64,000 nt of DNA. It comes from Tubiluchus corallicola. Its lineage: Eukaryota; Animalia; Priapulida. Below are positions 59,715-64,000 of the stretch, one piece after another (the first letter of the stretch is position 1; the number at the start of each line of letters is the position of its first letter). The notes under the pieces are model-generated. The model saw only the letters and a list, made by a program, of their open reading frames with translations, did no database searches and had not been told where the DNA came from. The position numbers were made by a program, and so were the translations under genes. The DNA is taken from assembly GCA_030141605.1 (NCBI GenBank), contig JAQGDQ010000608.1:65556-129555 (forward strand). Direction: 5' to 3'.

Positions 59715-59750
<36 letters not shown>

Positions 59751-61767
59751 ACGAATTTGTTGTTTGAGAATAAAAAGCTGGGTTTGCTTTTTGACTGTCA
59801 GTGTAGCAGCATCTTTTTGAGTTTAGATTTTATTCCAGTTCGTTGTGCGATGACCATGTCCAAAATGAACAGTGCAAAAATGGACATTGTTCTAACGTAA
59901 AAAACTTATCGTTTCTAGGAAGAGATGGAAACGCTTCAAGAAGAACTGCTTTACACTAGTCAGCTAGCGGAAGAATCAAGCAAGCTTTTAAATATGGAAA
60001 GAGAAAAGACTGGGGAATTAGAAGCACAGATTGAGGTAAAGACGATGAATGGTGTTAAGCGAGCTTTCGTTCAACATTATGATTTACTAAGACATTACGT
60101 TTATATGTAAAAGAGTCTGCTGTATTTGTTACTGTTTCCATCGAGTACCCAAGTAATTACCCACATTATTCGAGCCTAATATTTCTACTCAATTTGAACA
60201 ATGAAAATGCTGACATTATTCAACTTTGTAATATGATACTCATTGTTAGAGAATTTAAAATTTAAATGCCACCTTTTGCAGTAAGTGCCTGCCAGCAGAG
60301 TAATAACTGTAGCATTGACAAGGTGCCAAGATAACTGCCAGTAGGGAGATGGCAGATCAAACCATTTTTGCCATAGGGGTGACTTACAATAAAACAAACT
60401 ATGATTTCTTTACCAAAACTTTAATTATCCAAATGAAATTGTTTATTAACCTTTAAAAACCCATTTCAGCCGCTAACAAAGACACGAATAAATAGATTGT
60501 TAAGTTTAGTATCACACAAAAAGGATCATGTAGATTATTTTCTTCTCCTTATCCCTACATTAACAGTTCTCAGCGTGGTACTTCATTAGGGATGTAGCTG
60601 ACTCTGATAAATCGTGTAATGAAGTAATTAAGGTCTGGCAGATAAAACCATGTGATAAAACTCAGTCAAATGTCTTGTGGGAAAAACACTAACTTTTACG
60701 ACTCACAGCTCGTGTGTTCGAGCTTTCAGGGTGTAATAAATGAATGCTTGTTGTTAACATAACAGTGCAGTTAGTTAAAATGCATCAGTGGTTGCTTTCA
60801 ATAGTAAATTTAAATAAATATTCAATTTCTTCACTGCCAAAGAATCTTGACAATGGGTACCCGACTGGTTAAAGGGAAATGGTACCCCAGCGTGATTTTT
60901 GCTACCCATGTGTTTACATCACGTACATCAGTGTAACCACGTGTATATCTCTATGTGTAAAAATATAGAATCAATTGTGCAGAGTCATTTGAGTCAATTG
61001 CAGACAGTTTTTATATACTTTTGCATAGGAGCGGCCAGTACTTAGGCGTTTTTGAGACAATTAAGTATCATGTATCCTTGATAGTTGGGTATTTTAAATT
61101 ATGCATTAAACAAGGTAATTGATATTTTAAGTCCACTTAAGAGGCTCGCTATGGTCACAAAATTGCAATTTGTTGCTTCGCCCCCTTGAACCCCCATGGG
61201 GGCCTATGCAGTTCCCAAAGCCCCCGGCCTGTTTCAGAGTTTTTTGCAATTAGTCATTCTCATCGCTGATGTAAACACTAATATCTGTTAAAGCAAAGAA
61301 AACTTTTATACTAGTTGGAAAAAATTGGACAACATTTCATATTTTAGTGGAGCCGATGAGAAATTAGAAGATGTGGTGTACTGAGTTGACTGCAAACTTT
61401 TCATGTAACACGTAAATGTAACGTAGTTCATAGTACGTTCATTTCGTGGTTGAGTGTGACTATAACAGAACGCTATATAAACATACACGACGACTTCACC
61501 TTATAATTGTCATTATTAGAATTAATGAGTAGAATAAGTGGGCCTATAGCATTGCTTATTTTATCATGATTCAATATTTTTACATCTGCCTCACGTTATT
61601 TTGCACGATCGCTACTGATTATTTTTTCTGTGTTGCACATTTTTTCTTTCATATTTCTTGAATGTTTACTATAATTTATCTTTAACGTATTTCAGAGCAT
61701 GTCGGCTAATTTCAGTACGGAGGCAGAGAAAAGGATGCAGATGATAAGCAAACTTGAACAAGACCAG
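29909..61767 (+). CDS. KIF15: Kinesin-12 family motor KIF15 (motor domain plus coiled-coil stalk); gene continues beyond the right edge
   Basis: GT-AG exons in phase: 29909-29924 (tentative start), 30978-31029, 31679-31856, 33455-33531, 33965-34103, 36345-36524, 39208-39309, 39436-39543, 39905-40030, 42670-42728, 43618-43805, 46050(or 46038)-46162, 47290-47448, 49386-49596, 53172-53272, 53563-53742, 56086-56274, 56375-56482, 56664-56769, 57441-57571, 59214-59291, 59919-60035, 61696-61767. Kinesin motifs: [23 protein letters not shown] (P-loop), [30 protein letters not shown]15-type segments: [70 protein letters not shown]. Confidence 0.94.
30330..30780 (-). mobile_element. Degraded non-LTR retrotransposon (RT C-terminal) fragment in a KIF15 intron
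   Basis: Translation ...[22 protein letters not shown]... resembles the LINE post-RT motif PxLxYxxExW; frameshifted. Confidence 0.5.
32831..33465 (+). repeat. 30-bp minisatellite x21 made of a KIF15 3' splice site
   Basis: Unit GTGTTAACGTAGTTGTAATTCTAG|GAAGCC; the last unit supplies the real acceptor (33453-33454). Confidence 0.95.
33709..33822. mobile_element. Tiny MITE inserted in (TA)n
   Basis: Inverted termini CAAGGACTACTATACAAC...GTTGTATAGTAGTCCTTG flanked by TA runs. Confidence 0.75.
34911..35160 (-). mobile_element. tRNA-derived SINE, copy 1
   Basis: Reverse match to 48905-49152; tRNA-like head with GTGAGTTCG, core ACCAAAGACTTTAAAAATGGTACCTG, (TTA)n tail. Confidence 0.75.
36544..36800. 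repeat. 21-bp minisatellite x~12 starting ~20 nt after a KIF15 donor
   Basis: Unit CTAAGTCCTCGCTTAACGACG; the array begins at a second GTAAGT. Confidence 0.93.
37935..38389. mobile_element. Tc1/mariner (pogo/Tigger-like) MITE
   Basis: Perfect ~29-bp inverted termini CCGTATTTTCCCGTGTATAAGAGACCCTT, TA TSD, internal repeats of TGTATAAGAGACCC. Confidence 0.9.
41062..41470. mobile_element. hAT-type MITE family A, copy 3
   Basis: Same internal sequence as 9590-10070; TSD TCTTACTT/TCTTACGT. Confidence 0.88.
41911..42493 (-). mobile_element. Internally deleted RTE-clade retroposon (5'UTR fused to ORF 3' end), nested in a Kolobok-like copy
   Basis: ORF remnant [19 protein letters not shown]...[19 protein letters not shown]...RRRGRPKRR is the RTE C-terminus. 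(GAA)n tail at 41911-41923. RTE-type 5'UTR GGAAGGGCATCCGCCTGTAAAA and a twister motif at the 5' end. Confidence 0.88.
42415..42493 (-). ncRNA. Twister self-cleaving ribozyme (P1-type core, weak or absent P1)
   Basis: Minus strand: AA-CCUA-GC-CACU[P3]AGUG-CCGG-UCCC-AAGC-CCGG-AU-AAA-UAGG-GAGGG. P2 CCUA/UAGG, P4 CCGG/CCGG, pseudoknot T1 CCC/GGG, T2 GC/GC. The core GCCGGUCCCAAGCCCGGAUAAA matches the rice twister sequence as I recall it. Confidence 0.82.
42726..42880. repeat. 83-bp tandem duplication of a KIF15 donor and intron start
   Basis: CAG|GTATGTCGAATATATACTAGATTTAGATCTAG... at 42726 and again at 42809. Confidence 0.88.
44198..45909. repeat. 30-bp satellite containing A/C-only stretches
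   Basis: Unit ATCATTAGCACTAAATAGTAATACGACCAT (variant ...ACAATCAT); A/C-only segments at 45117-45293, 45451-45681 and 45729-45748. Confidence 0.95.
48905..49152 (+). mobile_element. tRNA-derived SINE, copy 2
   Basis: TGGTAATGCATCCG...GGAGGTCGTGAGTTCGATAC (A/B-box-like), core GTCATACCAGAGACTTGAAAAATGGTACC, TTA-rich tail. Confidence 0.75.
49592..50192 (+). repeat. 23-bp minisatellite x~26 made of a KIF15 5' splice site
   Basis: Unit GAACG|GTGAGTTGTTGTCCAGCT; the first unit is the real donor (49597). Confidence 0.95.
50651..51100 (-). mobile_element. Non-autonomous RTE-derived retroposon, copy 2
   Basis: Reverse-complement match to ~2530-2950; (CAA)n tail at 50651-50662 on the minus strand. 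Confidence 0.7.
51550..52764. repeat. ~602-bp tandem duplication in a KIF15 intron
   Basis: 51550-52151 matches 52152-52764, with a few substitutions and one ~10-bp indel. Confidence 0.92.
53702..55528 (+). repeat. 44-bp minisatellite x~41 made of a KIF15 exon end plus donor
   Basis: Unit AGTGCTCGACCATGAACACAATCTACCGTAACACGATAAAG|GTA; the first unit is coding and ends at the real donor (53743). Confidence 0.96.
58359..59128. repeat. 69-bp minisatellite x~11
   Basis: Unit GTATACATGGAAATACTTCTACAAGTTTAAATACAAGCTGTTGTGTACGCGTTACGGATCACACATTAC; it abuts the dispersed repeat ending at ~58345. Confidence 0.95.
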
Positions 61768-61796
61768 GTTAGTTACATGTAGATTGAATACACTAC

Positions 61797-63022
61797 GTGA
61801 AGGATGGGAAAACCAAATTGATTCTTGTTGGTACCCAAGTGCAGCTGAATAAACTTAAAGGAAAATCGCACAATTGTGTAGACATTAGTTCAAGATAATG
61901 AATAAACTTAAAGGAAAATCGCACAATTGTGTAGACATTAGTTCAAGATAATGAATAAGCTTAAAGGAAAATCGCACAATTGTGTAGACATTAGTTCAAG
62001 ATAATGAATAAACTTAAAGGAAAATCGCACAATTGTGTAGACATTAGTTCAAGATAATGAATAAACTTAAAGGAAAATCGCACAATTGTGTAGACATTAG
62101 TTCAAGATAATAAACTTAAAGGCAAATCGCACAATTGTGTAGACATTAGTTCAAGATTAACTATGCTCTAAAATATTAAAAACTACAACAGCTTTTTTTT
62201 TTTAAATCAAGGCTTAGATTAAATAATAATTTACCCCTGATAGTGCAATTTTCGGTAAACTTTCAAAGCTACTCGCGGCTTCGCAAATCCATTAAAACTG
62301 ACAATGGCACCTTTTTATCACATCCGCGCAACTGACAAATAGACACAGTACTATCTTAAGTATAATTATGAACTGCAGCATTCGTTTGTGATGTCAGTAT
62401 GAATTAGAGTTCATTTTCATAACCTCATATCAGCATCTTATAGCAATTTTTGCTTATGTAAACGTGCTTGATGCACAGAGAAGATGCCCACAATTTCTGA
62501 AACTGCAGTTAGTTTGTGATATAAGCGATAGTTGTATTCCAAGAACTAATTAATTAACTAATTCCATTAATTAACTTTCCAAGAATGCTAGAAACAATTG
62601 CTACCTTTTGTAGGCAAGAAAATGTAAATTAAAATGAAATTGTGTCTAATCAATCGTCTGGTTTTCCTTTACATTTGGTTCTATAATGGTGGGTTGTTGT
62701 AAAAGTGTTTGAAGTTTCTCAAGTTAAAGATCTGCGCGTATCGCTTGACGAAAATGTAAACTTCAACCAACACGTAAATGAAATTTGTAGAAGAGCAAAT
62801 TATTTTCTATATAATTTGAGCAAAATCAGAAAACATTCTACCCAAGAGTCTATAAATGCTTTAGTTCATAGACTGGTGCGGGTCCCATCTGGATTACTGT
62901 AATAGTTTATTTTGTGGGTTAGCAGACTATAACATATTAAATGCTTTAGTTCATAGACTTGTACAGTCCCATCTGGATTACTGTAATAGTTTATTTTGTG
63001 GGTTACCAGACTATAACATATT
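61797..63022 (+). mobile_element. L2/CR1-group LINE RT fragment interrupted by a Kolobok-like insert (~61856-62671); 53-bp x~6 array at the junction (61846-62160)
   Basis: KDGKTKLILVGTQVQLNKL before the insert and VKDLRVSLDENVNFNQHVNEICRRANYFLYNLSKIRK...HLDYCNSLFCGLP after it. Insert ends TTAAAGGAAAA...GTTTTCCTTTA. Confidence 0.75.
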
Positions 63023-63644
63023 AAGAGTCATTCCGCGAGAAAACCATGCAAAAGTCAAAAAATAGTGGAAGGTGACAAATCACCGATTTTGTTCATATTC
63101 ACAGGGTTGGATGATCCCCTCAGATGTACCCCACAGCCAAAATATTAGATATCAAAAATGAGCCGTTTCGGAGATAGGCCGCCATTTTGATTTTTTTCGG
63201 ATTTTGGCCATTTTGATGTAAAAAAATGACCTATATTTGTCACATCATTACAGGCAGTAAATGAATGATCCAGGACTAGTTGCTGGGTGGTATATATAGT
63301 AGGGGTCTTGCCCTATTGCCACATTGAGTTTGATGAATTGAGATTCTCTTTCAGTAGGTATCATGAGCTCATGAAAGATGCGTGTCTGCAACAGTCTGAA
63401 TGACACCCTGTTTTAAAATTCTCATAACTCCACTGGGGCGGGTATTTGAAGTATAATTAATATATGTTTATTTACAGCTTGACCAGGCATACTTAGATCA
63501 TTAATAAAATTTTGGCCAGCTCGTCCATAAATTGACGAGATTCGATCTTGAATGTGACCTAAATCGGAAAAAAATTAGTACGAATTATTCATAATTCCGA
63601 ATAAAAAAAATGAAAATTTCAAAAAGAAACGATAAATTACCGTT

Positions 63645-64000
63645 TCTGTCTTTCTGTGTCTCTCTGTCTCTCTCTGTGTCTCTCTCTGTCTCTCCGTGTT
63701 TCTCCCCGTGTCTCTGTGTCTCTCTTTCTGTCTCTCTCTGTGTCTCTCTCTTTGTCTCTCTCTGTCTCTCTCTGTGTCTCTCTCTGTCTCTCCGTGTTTC
63801 TCCCCGTGTCTCTGTGTCTCTCTTTCTGTCTCTCTGTGTCTCTCTGTGTCTCTGTGTCTCTCTCTTTGTCTCTCTCTGTGTCTCTCTCTGTCTCTCCGTG
63901 TTTCTCCCCGTGTCTCTGTGTCTCTCTTTCTGTCTCTCTGTGTCTCTCTCTGTCTCTCCCTGTCTCTCTGTCTCTCTCTGTGTCTCTCTCTGTCTCTCCG
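63645..64000. repeat. CT/GT-rich compound satellite
   Basis: (TCTCTG/TCTCTGTG)n with recurring TCTCCGTGTTTCTCCCCGTG. Confidence 0.93.

Overview
AT-rich, intron-rich eukaryotic DNA, probably from an invertebrate animal. It holds two divergent genes. On the minus strand is the 5' part of an ELMO/CED-12 gene (6 coding exons, 9418 to 2285, running off the left edge). On the plus strand is the 5' part of the kinesin-12 gene KIF15 (about 23 exons, ~29909 to 61767, running off the right edge). Between them lie a young full-length BEL/Pao LTR retrotransposon (22781-29251; 503-bp LTRs, ATAAC target-site duplication (TSD), SAP-like motif at the Gag N-terminus) and a decayed unidentified ORF. That ORF is split by a 3.4-kb composite hAT-type insertion (16110-19486, shared 8-bp TSD) whose cargo includes an RFX X-box promoter and two candidate exons that splice in frame into the ORF. 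Introns are full of MITEs, SINE/LINE fragments and minisatellites. Main oddities: (1) tandem arrays built from KIF15/ELMO splice junctions, with up to ~40 decoy donors or 16 decoy acceptors; (2) a twister ribozyme at the 5' end of an internally deleted RTE retroposon; (3) satellite stretches with every G and T missing, probably a sequencing artefact. All exon calls were made by eye from GT-AG sites, phase continuity and recalled protein similarity; no searches were run.
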